A stretch of 63,309 nucleotides of DNA, filler included, from Choristocarpus tenellus KU-1152 (Eukaryota > Protista > Phaeophyceae): NCBI GenBank assembly GCA_964200185.2. It is 13 parts of 13 records of this genome, joined end to end, with 100 filler letters (N's around TTAATTAATTAA, not from the genome) between each part and the next. Parts side by side here need not be neighbours in the genome. Positions count along the whole stretch, not along the records: positions 18,903 to 29,603 come from CAXNAD020002773.1; positions 29,704 to 36,565 come from CAXNAD020007194.1; positions 36,666 to 44,677 come from CAXNAD020005271.1; 10 more parts are not named here. One strand, 5' to 3'. Each line of letters begins with the position of its first letter. The first letter of the stretch is position 1. The position numbers and the translations under genes are program-made. The notes under the pieces are model-generated. The model did no database searches. It saw only the letters and a list, made by a program, of their open reading frames with translations, and had not been told where the DNA came from. Shown here piece by piece: positions 25,113 through 36,859 of the stretch.

Positions 25113-25371
25113 GAGTGAAAGTATCTTAGAGGGTACGAGTTTTTCCGTGTTTGTCCATTTGGGGCTTGGCTTCCCACGGGTTTTTAATGACATTATACCT
25201 ACTCCAAAATGTTTCGAAGTAGGTATAATGTATACGTTATGAAAAGGTGTGTCCGGAACAAGGATATTGACATGTCCTAACAAATATGTTGGCCAAAATT
25301 ACATCAAAATTGCAACATTGGATTTTGACCCCAAAATAGACGCGGCTCTACCCTTTAAGATACTTTAACTC
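25113..25371 (-). mobile_element. MITE family A
   Basis: Reverse-oriented full copy; flanks GAAA/AAAA. Confidence 0.88.
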
Positions 25372-25630
25372 AAAAATACTTTCGACGGGGACACCTGTGA
25401 AGGAGGGTAGATTTCTAGTGAGAGGTACAACGGTTTATAGTCAGGTGTTATGAGAATGCTGCTGCAAGGCCAGTATGTCTCTTCTCCCACAGTCCCTTTG
25501 ACTCGGGTGTGATGTTAGCCCTGATACTCCCCTTACATTTCACCCCTCCCCCTCCTCAGCTCAAAGGGCCTGTCCCGTCTATGCATGCGCAATAGTTGAC
25601 CAGAAGAGTCCCCAGTATTCCCACATCCCT

Positions 25631-25885
25631 GGGTCAAAGCATTTAAGAGAGTATGGCCTCATCCGTTCGGAATCATATATCCAATGTTGCGACTTTGATG
25701 AATATTCTTCATCGTGTTTGTTGGCAAGTGTCAATACCCTTGTTCCGGATACACCTTTCATAGGCGTATATTTTAGGTAACTGTGTTCACACAGAAAACC
25801 GAAAAATGGCTCAAAAACCGGCGAGAAGCCAAGCCCTAAACGGGCAAACAGGGCAAAAATCCTACCCTCTTAAATGATCCGGGTT
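25631..25885 (+). mobile_element. MITE family A, divergent subfamily A'
   Basis: TIR gggtcaaagcatttaagagagta. Internal variant aggtaactgtgttcacacagaaaa is shared with 38808-39065. Confidence 0.8.
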
Positions 25886-26424
25886 TCCTGTTTCGTTTTG
25901 GACACCTCCCGCTTCCTCTCCTCTCTCTTGAATTCCTGCAGGTGATCACTCTCTACTTCAAACTAGCAGTCAGTCCAGCAAGCCCATTGTTCCTCCCCTA
26001 CTTAACTCCGTTGAGCTAGATTGCTGCTTTTCAAAATACTGCATAGAGTGACTACCTGTTGCAGACCCAAGCCAGGTCCTCCTGTAACACCTGGGCCTCA
26101 TCCTAATTCCTCCCTCCCTTCACAATTCCACTCCTTCTAATCCTTGATCATTAGACCTGCACCAGCCTCGACTGGCCTCCAGGAGGCAGCATTTGATATT
26201 CCAACCTGGTCCAAACGACATTGGAATGAAGCAGGATAACTTGATGTGCAATAATATGAGGAGGTTAGTTCACAGGTGAGAGTCCTGATGCTGACATTCA
26301 CAAATATGCAAACAAGAAAATTTGAAAAAAAGCACTAGAGCTCTATAGCACCAACACCCATGCTATCCTAATATTGCATTTGCGCACACTCACAGGCTGC
26401 AACACAGTAATAAGTCTTACCTAT

Positions 26425-26654
26425 GAGCCAAAGGTATCTTAGAGGGTAGGGCCTCGTCCATTTGGGGTCAAAATCCAATGTTGTGATTTTGATGNNNNNN
26501 NNNNCTTGTTCCGGACACACCTTTTCATGACTTACACATTTTACCTACTCCGAAACATTTTGGAGTAGGAAAATGTAAAAAAATATGCCATGGGAAGTCA
26601 GGCCCCAAATGGACAAACAAGGCAAAACTCGTACCTTCTAAGATACTTTCACTC
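26425..26654 (+). mobile_element. MITE family A (internal N gap)
   Basis: Both TIRs present. Confidence 0.82.
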
Positions 26655-27093
26655 TAATTGTTACTCCTTGAACATTTATCTGTTCAACCCTAAAAATCTC
26701 AGACCCTCTGTTGTCAACCTTGACTGCAGAGTGTTGTGCGGTGGAAAGTATATTCGTTGTGATATTTTGAAGCAAATAGTGCTTCACTTCTAATTTACTC
26801 CGGAGCAATCCTTATATGCTGCATGTACACTGTAAGAAAGCAATGCCGTAGAAGTTTGAGCAATTGAAGTGGGTGTGTATATCGACTAAGAAAAACATAA
26901 TATCAATCGTACCTAGTCATATTGACCATTGGCACCACCCATGGTGACAGTACTAATATCATATTGTGACCTTTGTCATGTCGAGTGGTGGTAATTGACA
27001 GGGGTACATATTTTACAAATTAATCTCATGAGAACAAAGGAATATATATATATATATATATATATGTCAGTAGTCATGCATGTTATTTTAGTA

Positions 27094-29029
27094 CTACCTC
27101 CGTGCCATAAGTCTGTACCGCGTTGTCCATAAATTTTGGAGATGTTGGTGAAATTCATTTCTGAAAGAAGATTTAGAATCCTTGACGAAGTTCTGGTTAG
27201 GATCAGCTCTATTATTATTGATACCCATCCATCACAATTTTACCAGCCGCAGAAAAAGTCTCCATGTCTACCTTCGACGTGTTTTCAAGTCCACCAGAAA
27301 ACTGCCTCTTCCTTACCCCTGTGAGCTCCACACTGAAGACATTCCCCCCTTTGTATCTAAGTACTTGATTGTACACCACAAAAAGGAGCTGCCAAGCCCT
27401 CTCAAGCGTGGTTTCATCATACTCATCATACTCTTTCTTAATGACCTTCACCATCTCCTCCACGGACCCAAACAGCTTCCCCATCATCCAGCATTTCAAA
27501 GACCTGAAGAAGCACAGGTTGATATTGAGGTAAGGGGAGTTAGATGACCCCGTCACAAGCCCAATCGACCACCGAGACAAAGTATCTTAGAGGGTAGAGC
27601 CACGTCCATTTGGGGGCCAAAATCCAATGTTGCAATTTTGATGTAATTTTGGCTATCATGTTTGATAGGAGATTTCAATAACCTTGCTTGTTCCGTACAC
27701 ACCTTTTCATAATGTAAACATTTTACCTACTTGGGAACATCTTGGAGTAGGTAAAATGTAATTAAAAACCCGTGGGAAGCCAAGCCCCAAATGGACAAAC
27801 AGGGAAGAAATTGTAACCTCGAAGATACTTTCACTCCACCCCTCAGTCTTCCCTGCCCCTGACAAGATTTCTGAGTTGCCCTTGCCCATGTGGGGGGTGG
27901 CGCCGTTAGCTGAACGACAACGTGCTTCTTCTGCAACCAAGGCATCTTGGTCAATAACTCCTCCGTATACCACTTCCTGTACCACAAAAGATCTATAGTA
28001 CAGTCCTGTTCATACACATTCCCCATTTTTTGGTTGTTGCTTGTCCTGCCTGCTGTTTTTGGCGCGCACACATGCCAAACACCAAGCTTTCCATCAAAGC
28101 TGTGGGCCGAACCTGGGCGGGTGTTGGCTGCAATGATCATGGTCTTGGGGATGTGACTCTTGTGCTGCACAGTAGGGGACCCTGGAAGGTCGCTATCATC
28201 CTCGTGAGGGAATACCCTAACCCTTTCACCATCAGCCATCACGTAAAACCAGGTTTCATCCACATGGGTAGTGTTCACCATGGAGGCGTACACACCACAT
28301 TTCTGGTCCACTTGATCGCAAACAAAGTCCATTCCCCATTCCTTTTGCCACGATTTAAGCTTGTGTTTGATCCAGCTGCGATTCAGCATGGCCGCCATAT
28401 CATCCAACCACCTGTTTATGGTGCTTGTGATATAATTCAGCCCCTTGGCGGCCATCTCCACTGTCACCTGACGCACTGTGGATTATCGGAGTCGATACTA
28501 TGTATCGCAGTCATCTTGGTCGGTTTGAGCTCCGAAGGCCGCCTACTACGTGCCACAACCCCTAGGTCAAGTGTGTGGCCACGGGCGAGCTGATTGGCGA
28601 TGTCCTCCCAGAGCCCTCACATGAAACGCTCGGACACTCAAAACTCCGCGGCGAGGGTCGGCCCAACACGTCATTGCAGTTGTACACTTACCAGGGACCA
28701 TCGCGAGGGCATGCCGCACCGTAAGCACAACCCTGGTATTCAGGAACACTTGGGCACCCTTCCTACGTGGGAGGGTCGACAGGGGGGTTGCCATGTCGAC
28801 ATTCTGAACCTCGACGTGCCCAGTTCTGGCCTCAAAATCTCACCAAAAGACCACTGCTTTGACAATTTGATGCACCTCGAGTTTGTACCAGATGACCCTC
28901 GATCTCCACCTTTTGTGAAAGCTGAGATTGTCAACCCGATTTCATTGTGTGAGGTTATCGTCCGATTCGGCGCCGTTCTAGCTCGGCAAGCCCAGATGTT
29001 CGTGGCACAAACTTACGGCACAGAGGTAG
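27094..29029 (-). mobile_element. Complete but decayed mariner-type transposon (plant/oomycete DD39D-like group) with ~29-bp TIRs and TA TSD
   Basis: TA|ctacctccgtgccataagtctgtaccgcg ... cgtggcacaaacttacggcacagaggtag|TA. Transposase motifs HVDETWFY, HKSHIPKTM, FDGKLGVW, NGATPH and NSPYLNINLCFF. Confidence 0.9.
27574..27836 (+). mobile_element. MITE family A inserted in the mariner transposase, TSD CACC
   Basis: CACC at 27570-27573 and 27837-27840. Removing the MITE restores ...KTEGW-SIGLVT... Confidence 0.93.
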
Positions 29030-29399
29030 TAGTTGGAATACCAATACTTCTTCGATGGATTGGAAAGTGAGACACTTCTCGTGTGTTGCTCCATCCATGA
29101 TCACACTTGAATGACACTAGTACTTCTTTCAGGGTTTGTTTGTGGGTCAATGTCTTCCTGTTCAGTCGTTTAAATGGGGCTTCGGTTAGTCAGTAGTAAC
29201 GTATGACTAAGAATGAAACTGTTGACGCTATACTTGAAATACGATTTGTTTTGCTCACGAATTCTGGATTATTATTATTAGCTTATTCCTTGTTTGCCAT
29301 TCCCCTATTCTCCTTTCCTTTCATAATCCATGTATTCTTTCCTCTGACCAGCCCCTTGCGACCCCTTCGCCGCCGGTTTCCTATTTACTCCCCCCATGA

Positions 29400-29560
29400 G
29401 GTGACCAAACAGTGCGAATGCCCTTCGTCACCGATTTCCAGTCACCCTCCCCATTTGATGACCAACCAGTGCGAATGCCCTTCGTCACTGATTTCCAGCC
29501 ATCCCCCACATTTGATGACCAACCAGTGCGACCCCTTCGTCATCTATTTCCAGTCACCCC
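29400..29560. repeat. 57-bp tandem repeat, ~3 copies
   Basis: tgaccaa(a/c)cagtgcga starts at 29402, 29459 and 29516. Confidence 0.85.
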
Positions 29561-29703
29561 CCCCCCCCCTCTCACCCCCCACCCTTCCCCCCCCATCAAC
29601 AAANNNNNNNNNNNNNNNNNNNNNNNNNNNNNNNNNNNNNNNNNNNNTTAATTAATTAANNNNNNNNNNNNNNNNNNNNNNNNNNNNNNNNNNNNNNNNN
29701 NNN

Positions 29704-30060
29704 CGCCTCAGCTGCAGCAGCACCTACACCTTTGCTGGTGGATGAGTTGGTGAGGTGGGAGGTTGCCTGTACCTCTGCGAAGGTGACGTCCAGCAGAAGA
29801 CCTTTGTCCCTTGTAGGGAGCAGTTCCAGCATCTGCTAGTGCCCCTGCGTGAAACACCAGATCCATGCGAAGATTCCGGTCCACAGTGAAATGGCTACCG
29901 TCCTCCATAGTGCGAGGGGTGCCCATTATCATACCCTCTAAGATTTTAGAGGTATGTCAGAAGAAAAGCCAAGAACCCCTGAAAAAGTAACAACATTATA
30001 CTTTATTAGTTGATTTAACTCCCCAACCATATCATTACAATAATACATAATAATAATATA
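29704..30060 (-). mobile_element. CRE-like fragment (29704-29927) abutted by the 3' tail of another CRE-like copy (~29927-30060)
   Basis: MEDGSHFTVDRNLRMDLVFHAGALADAGTAPY matches 13050-13250. The stretch 29927-29995 resembles the 3' end at 59648-59745. Confidence 0.75.
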
Positions 30061-30796
30061 ACAATTGGTGTTGGTAATATGATGTATGACGAGTTGAGGA
30101 GGGTGTACATAGGAGATTGGAGATCTGTTAGAGTGTTCTGCAGGGTTATTTGATTCTTTCTGTCAGTTCACAATTGAGAGGACAAAATTATGAATTTAGA
30201 GTTATTTTGTCAACACTTTATTCTGAATCACTACAAAAATAATATATATTTTCCTATTTCAGTCTACAAGAGATGTACTTGAAATTGTTCCTTGAGACCT
30301 CAAACCGAAAAAATTACAGAGTTTGAACTAAAACTATTCAACGATTTGGAACTAATATTTGATGGGCAGTTGATCACTACAGTTACGCATAAATATTTAT
30401 ATTATCATTCTTTAGATGTATTGTCTATTCTACCTGAGTTTGCAATTTAAACATTACAGTGTATAAAAAAGATACATAAAACAAAACTCTACATTATTCT
30501 ACATCACTGATGAAATCTTTCCGGCATTGAAAACAAATGTATTTTTCTTGGGTTCGGTATGATCCTATGAATAGCTATGGTTAGAAATGTAGCGTCAAAT
30601 TTATATCATACCGTCATATCGTATGAAGGAGGATTTAATGAGGAAACACTGACTTATTTCAAGTGGGAATGGCTTGTTTCAAGCGGAGTGGATTTATTTC
30701 ATGACGGCTCATCTTGATAGTTCCCCTACCTCTTAAAACACTTACAGGGTTCTAGGTACAACAAAGAGATTGAGAAGATATTTGGGGTATGATAGC

Positions 30797-33700
30797 ATGT
30801 CGTCCATCGCGCGTGTGGAGGGAGGTGCTATGCAAGCACATACTTCCAAGAAGCGCCGTATGCCATCGCATTGGATTTCGGAAGACAGGACTTTTAGTGA
30901 CAAAGAGGGTGAGAAGGGTATTGACAGATATACTAAGAATGATATCGAGGACAACGGCTTGAAGGAAGAAAATGCAGTGAATGTGCAACAGCGTAGGGGG
31001 CCTCAATTCCCCAATCGACCCACCGGCATTGGGGTTTGTAAAAGGGACTTCTTGTCTCCTGAGCGCCATCCACGTGACGTGATTCCATACAACCAGGATA
31101 TGGTTGTCAACGGTGGAATCGAGGTAGTGCATTCTGCAAATCAATACGAATGCACGAATGGTCCACATGCGAGTGATACTATTCTACGGACACCGGATCC
31201 CGAACTTCCGTCTGTTGATCGTCCCGCAAACACAGAGGCATCACCAGTTCCTCTTTCACAAGGTGTGGAGGCATCCCGAAATGTGAAGTTGGAGAGAGAG
31301 AGCAAAAATGTCAGTTTCCCATCGACAGAGTCTATTGAGGCACAGGCAACACCTCGATCTCAGCGAAGGGGAGCTGCAGCAGCACCTGCAGTGACTGCAG
31401 CAGTCAGACTTACAGGGCAGGGGGGTGCACCTATGTCTCCTCCATCTGAAACTGGGTACGGGGCAATTCGTGTGGAAGACTTACGATGCCCTGGAGGTAC
31501 GACGTGCGACTCAATCCATGAAAGTATATGCAGGACACCAGCAGGACTTTCGACCGCGGTACGGACGGCATGCCACTTCTGGAGGATGGTGGTGGATCAG
31601 GTGTGTTTGTGTGTGTCTGTGTTTGTGTGTGTTCAATTTTTTTATCGTGGATTTGCTCATCCAATAAATATATTGTTAAAGTGTTGCGAGAACATATTGC
31701 CCTTAAAGTGGAAGGCTCCCTTTTGCTAATCTTTAGCATTGTTTCTGCATAACCCATCAACTGCAAGTTATGGCTAACGGTATACTACATATCATCATTG
31801 TTCGAGTCAACCTTAGCTACCTCTGCATTGCTCTTGAACTCCTCCTTTCCTGTTAGGCACAGGGGAAATCTAAAGTATCTCCCGTTTTTGATCATGTGCC
31901 TAGACTGCATGACCTTTGCATGAAGTGGGGAGCAGTTCCATTATGCCTTGCCATTGGGTACGGCAACATGCGGACATCGGATGTGGGCACTGTCCTCGAA
32001 GCTTTTGCTCTGGCCCACCGGACTCCATACATGGGCGATGACTATGATGGAGCTTACATTGGTGGTCCAACCATTGTCAACTATGTTGGATCCTTGCTGA
32101 CCTATCGACAGAAAAAGTATCAACAGCCCTCTGACACTGATGCAATGTGTATGGAGGCATTGCAAGGGACCAAGTGGAAGCTCAAGGGTGCACATCCCTT
32201 CCTTAAGAGGATTTGGGAGGCAGTCAATGTGCGAGTCAAGATCTTTCAGGAGGATCAAGGACTCGGGAAAGAGAAGGCTTCACTCAAAGCAGACATCCTC
32301 GATCTCAAGGATTTTGAACGAGTGCAGATGCTGACAGATGAGAAGATGCGTCAAGCAAGAGAGAACAAAGATGTTCGTACATTCATCATTCATCTTACTG
32401 AGGGGATGGTGCAGGAACTCCTCTACTACGGAGGCAGCAGGGCTTTGGCAGAAATTGTGAACATTAGGGTCTCAGACTTCACAGTGTTTCCAGATGGGAA
32501 GTACTATTACTTCAATGGACATGTAAGTATTATGTCTTCATTCTCCTTGGTTTCTGGGTATGGATGTTGATTTGATTTTTGTTGTAGACCTCTGACTGCC
32601 TATTGCATTTCATTGTTGTTCTTGCCAATTGGCTGTGATACTGTTGCCGTAGAAAGTAGAAATGTGTACTGCTATGCAGGTATCACTTCTTATTTCATCT
32701 TACCGCTGCCATCTGTCCATTTCTTCAGGGGGAGTACTTTTATGAGCTCACACCATCATGTAGTGGGAAGTACACCATAGGAAGTAACACCAACACCAAC
32801 GAGCATCTGAAGGATAGGCAAAGATGCCTTGTCACAGGGCAACGCTTTACACATCTCTTCAACATATTGATGTCCCATCGACCTCGGGGTGCAGTGGATC
32901 GCCTCTTCCTTAAGGCAGCACGTGACTCAAATAGAAAAACTCTCACATTTGACGAGGATTCTCCCCCATGGTTCACCTGCCAACCCTTGGGTAAGACTTC
33001 TTCGCGCATCAAGTGCATTGGGCATTATGCTGAGGAATTGGGGATTCAGGGACACTTCAGCAACACCTCAGTGCGGCATCTGGTGCAAACCAAATTGACT
33101 CTCGGCAAAGTCCCCACTGCGTTGACTACCATTGTTGTGGGCCACATGTCCGCGAAAGGTCACATATATGTTAAACCGGAGGGGCGCCACAGTGCAGACA
33201 ACACTATTATCAACAATGCCATCTATATGGAAGGGATGCGTAGCCCTGTAATTCGTGAACTGGTAGCATTGATACTTGCTGGACAGGGTTCATGGGACTC
33301 TCTGCAAGGCAATAAACGCATCCTCAACATGAACAAGAGCAAGTCTGGCTTCCCTGCCACGTGGAGGAGCTTTTCCGCCAGCAGGACCAATAGTCAGCAT
33401 GTACACCAAAACCAGCAAACTGTTGCTGTTCCATCATCCCCTTTTCACACTGTTGCCCCACCTAATTGGCTCGAGGCTTGTAGTGATGATGAAGACTTGG
33501 AACTCTCTTACCGGAGCAAAGGGGTGGGTTCTTCGACCCCTAGTGCTAGAAGCAATGACCTCTTCAGCCAATTGGGAAGCCCACCTGCATTCACCCGCCT
33601 AGGACCCGAGGAAGAAGACCATAATGTCTCGCCATCCTGGGGTACGGCAATAGCAAGGAGGGATGGCCTGGGGTGGAACAACAGGGTGGCACCGTGTGGT

Positions 33701-33805
33701 CCTGAGGTAGCGTTAACTGTGTGCCCTTCATGCAGGTACTACGTTGCCCTGTCATATCCTCACTCCACTGCACATACCTGCCCAAGGTGTGGGGGAATGA
33801 TTTGA
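30797..33805 (+). CDS. Intact three-exon tyrosine recombinase, Crypton/DUF3504-like, ~848 aa (exons 30797-31600, 31857-32522, 32729-33805)
   Basis: Two phase-0 GT-AG introns join three open frames with no stop. Motifs: LEAFALAHRT..DGAY..PTIVNYVGSL (core-binding region), GSRALAEIVNIRVSDF (first catalytic R), LFLKA..WFTCQPLGK, FSNTSVRH (HxxR box), VGHMSAKGHIY (H and Y), and C-terminal CPSC-x15-CPRC. Confidence 0.8.
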
Positions 33806-36545
33806 GTGATTTGATTGGTTAGATTGAATGCTTTCAGCAATTTATGTTGATCCACAATAGTCTCTACCACGCACTGCCACTAGAGGCATGTGTGATGAGT
33901 AGGGTGGTTAGAAGGCATGTTTTCATTGTGCTGTTTGATATTTTCCATGTTTAATAGGCTGATGTGTGGCCCACCTCTTCAATGGTCTAAATTATATATT
34001 TTTAATAACCCGTGATCCTCTTCATGCCAGGCACAACTTTTTCTTTCACCTTTTTAGTATATGCCTTCATAAGAATGCTGAAGACTAATTTGAATTTATT
34101 GTGACTTAATGGCAGGGCTTGTTTGCTACCATAATTTCTTAGGGCTGCCCCAACTACGGATGGCTCATGTGGAATTTTTTGGACTGCTGTGATTTCATTA
34201 TACATGGGGTACTTCTGTAGTATCTACTGCAATGATATCAACTTCAGAGCGTCCTAAGCATAGGGTCTTTGTACAGAAAAGTGTTTTGGGGACTTTTCAG
34301 CACCTCCTGAAATGTACATCCCAGGCATACCCCATGTTTTCCATGGTAGGGCTATTCATCTGCAGACTGTCATATGTTTGGTCAATTATTTTGTCTTCCC
34401 AAGATCATTATTACTCTTACCCTCTCGAAAAGGTGGAGGGTGTAGTATGATGCTCAAGGAACGGTAGGGTTCTAGCCAATAATACTTGATTGAAGGGACC
34501 ACATGAACTTTTTTTAGGGGTGTATAGCGTGATTGGTACACCTGGTCTGCGGGCAGGCAGTAAGACCGTTTTTTTTTTTTTTGTAGGAGACAGAAAACAT
34601 ATATTGGGGTAGAGGGTCAGTGTGATATTTTATCTTGTGCAATTGTAATACTTCATACTTCGTGGAGTGTGTGGTTGGAAATTTTGTAAAGAGGTGTAGA
34701 GGGATGGTTAAGTCTAGGTGGCAAGGTCACAATGGCTGTTCCGTCAGGACTAGGAGTTGATGTGAGTGTGTACTGGGCGTGTATTCTGTGGGAATTAGTG
34801 CTTCTGGATGGAGTGCGATATTGGAGTACAAAAAACAATTGGGACAGAATATTTTACCTGTTCTATGGTTTGACCGAGGAAGTGAGCACACCTGATACAT
34901 GATGGAAGTGCTTGTTTGTATGTTTGTATTTGCTTATGTATATGGTGGATGTAGCTCTACTAATTTGGGGAGACGAAATTCATGTTGGGGTAGGAGGCAG
35001 TGTGAGTTATGTTTGGATGCTTTAGTGCATATATCTGAAATATTTTTGGTTTGGAGTGTAGTATGCTGTTAGAGTTGCGTTATAGTACAGGACAGGTAGA
35101 CATAGACCAGTACCTGAACACATAACACAAAATGTAGAAGTAGTGTTGTGAATTGCAATGATTTAGTGGAGTCGATTTGATCATTCAAATAATAATTGAG
35201 ATTGTATTACCTTTTTTCATCGTGCTTATGTGCACTGTGCGATATATGTTCCTTGTGGTGCTTAGCACTTCCTCATTGTCGCCTAAACAGCCACACTCAT
35301 GCTTCGATTCATTTTGTTCATGGACTCGTTTCAATACAGCCAAAAATATTATCGTAAGGGTTGTTTCTCAACACAGAGGTCTGGCAGAGATGCAAAAGGG
35401 ATATGTATGAAGAATATGAACGTGAGACCATGTGTGTAACTTTATTGAAGAGTTGTTTGATTGTAGGTTGGGGACTGCATTTTATTGAGGTGTTATATTA
35501 CTGTAAATCGGTTTCACTATTATTACTGATCCATGAAGAGGAGTGATGAACGTTATACAGCACACATGGGTTCATTTTCTTACTTCTTAATGTAGATCCC
35601 AACCATTGGGAGATGGTACCCATTTCTTCTATAAAAAATTGCTCTGTGATGTACTAAATATCAGGATACGAGTGTGAGACTCTTGGACTCCTTTTTTTTA
35701 TGTGCCACATTCCACAGCAACATACAGATATATACAAATGCACACACAGATATATATATATATATATATATAATATCAGAGTCATAGGGTGGAGAAATGT
35801 CACTCCCTGACTACCGCAGCACAACTCACACTGCCACAACCTCTCATAGCTAAACACCAAACAGAAGCAGTGCAGGTGGTACCCCACTGACTTCTGGCAC
35901 CTCCTCCTCCTCCTGTCTCTCGTGTGGACATCCTCGCTCCCTAGGCACCACCCATGATATAGGTAAAAAATAATATTTTTGTTTCTCCGCCTAAATGGAA
36001 CGAGTTCATGTAGAGACGAAAGTACGGATTTTCAGGAAATCCTTCGCATTGTACTTACTTCCTACTGTGAGTATTATTTAATTCGAGCATCGGTTCAGTT
36101 TTGCAGGCATAAATTATGGAAAAGGAAAATGTTTGGAACTGGACAAGAGGATAGTACTTCGGTTAATTAGTAGTGCTGCATCTATATCGCAAAAGTGGCA
36201 ACAATATTAAACCCTGGATCACTGATGGTGTGTACATTTGCATTCAGGTTGTTGGCAGTGTGTGGTTGGATCAATCCAATTTATCCCACTGTGTGATGAT
36301 TGCTGTTGTTGATCAAAATACATTAGTATGACCTACCAACAGGTAGCCAAAGGAAGGGAACTACTTGCGTGTGTATCTCATGGGGTTAAAGAAAAAAAGA
36401 GAAAGAGTACCTATAAAAATCGCCTGCTTTGATCCTTAGGAGGTGCACTTATGTCGCACCAGAACAAGGTGTATTATTCATATCAAGTAAATATGCAGTG
36501 TGCTTCAAGATCCTGTATCGACTGTGAATCCTAGAGGGTGTATTT

Positions 36546-36859
36546 GGGTCGAAGTATCTTGGGGGNNNNNNNNNNNNNNNNNNNNNNNNNNNNNNNNNNN
36601 NNNNNNNNNTTAATTAATTAANNNNNNNNNNNNNNNNNNNNNNNNNNNNNNNNNNNNNNNNNNNNGGGGGGGGGGGGGGGGGTGGGGGGGGGGGGGGGGG
36701 GGGGGGGGGTACACCAGGGTATCCTTTCGGGCCCTGACCAGGAGAAGTGAACTTACAGTATGCATCCGACGCATGCAACCAAATCACCTAAAAAATACAA
36801 CAGAAAAAATTGGGCCCCGAATGGACAGTCATCACTCCCACACCCAGATACTTTGAGCC
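36546..36859 (+). mobile_element. MITE family B ends on both sides of an assembly spacer (36546-36565; 36666-36859)
   Basis: gggtcgaagtatcttggggg before the gap; poly-G, body and cagatactttgagcc after it. The two pieces may not belong to the same copy. Confidence 0.7.

Noticed and set aside
28030-29070. Plus-strand 187-aa and 158-aa ORFs
   Set aside because: Antisense shadows of the mariner element.
29930-29956. Near-palindrome catacc-ctctaa..ttagag-gtatg as a loxP-like site for the recombinase
   Set aside because: It aligns with the CRE-like 3' hairpin and tail seen at 59648-59745, and I found no partner site downstream of the gene.
30770-33805. Three separate genes, or a DIRS/phage integrase
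   Set aside because: In-phase spliceosomal introns unite the ORFs, and no RT/RNase H or phage genes were recognised on the contig.
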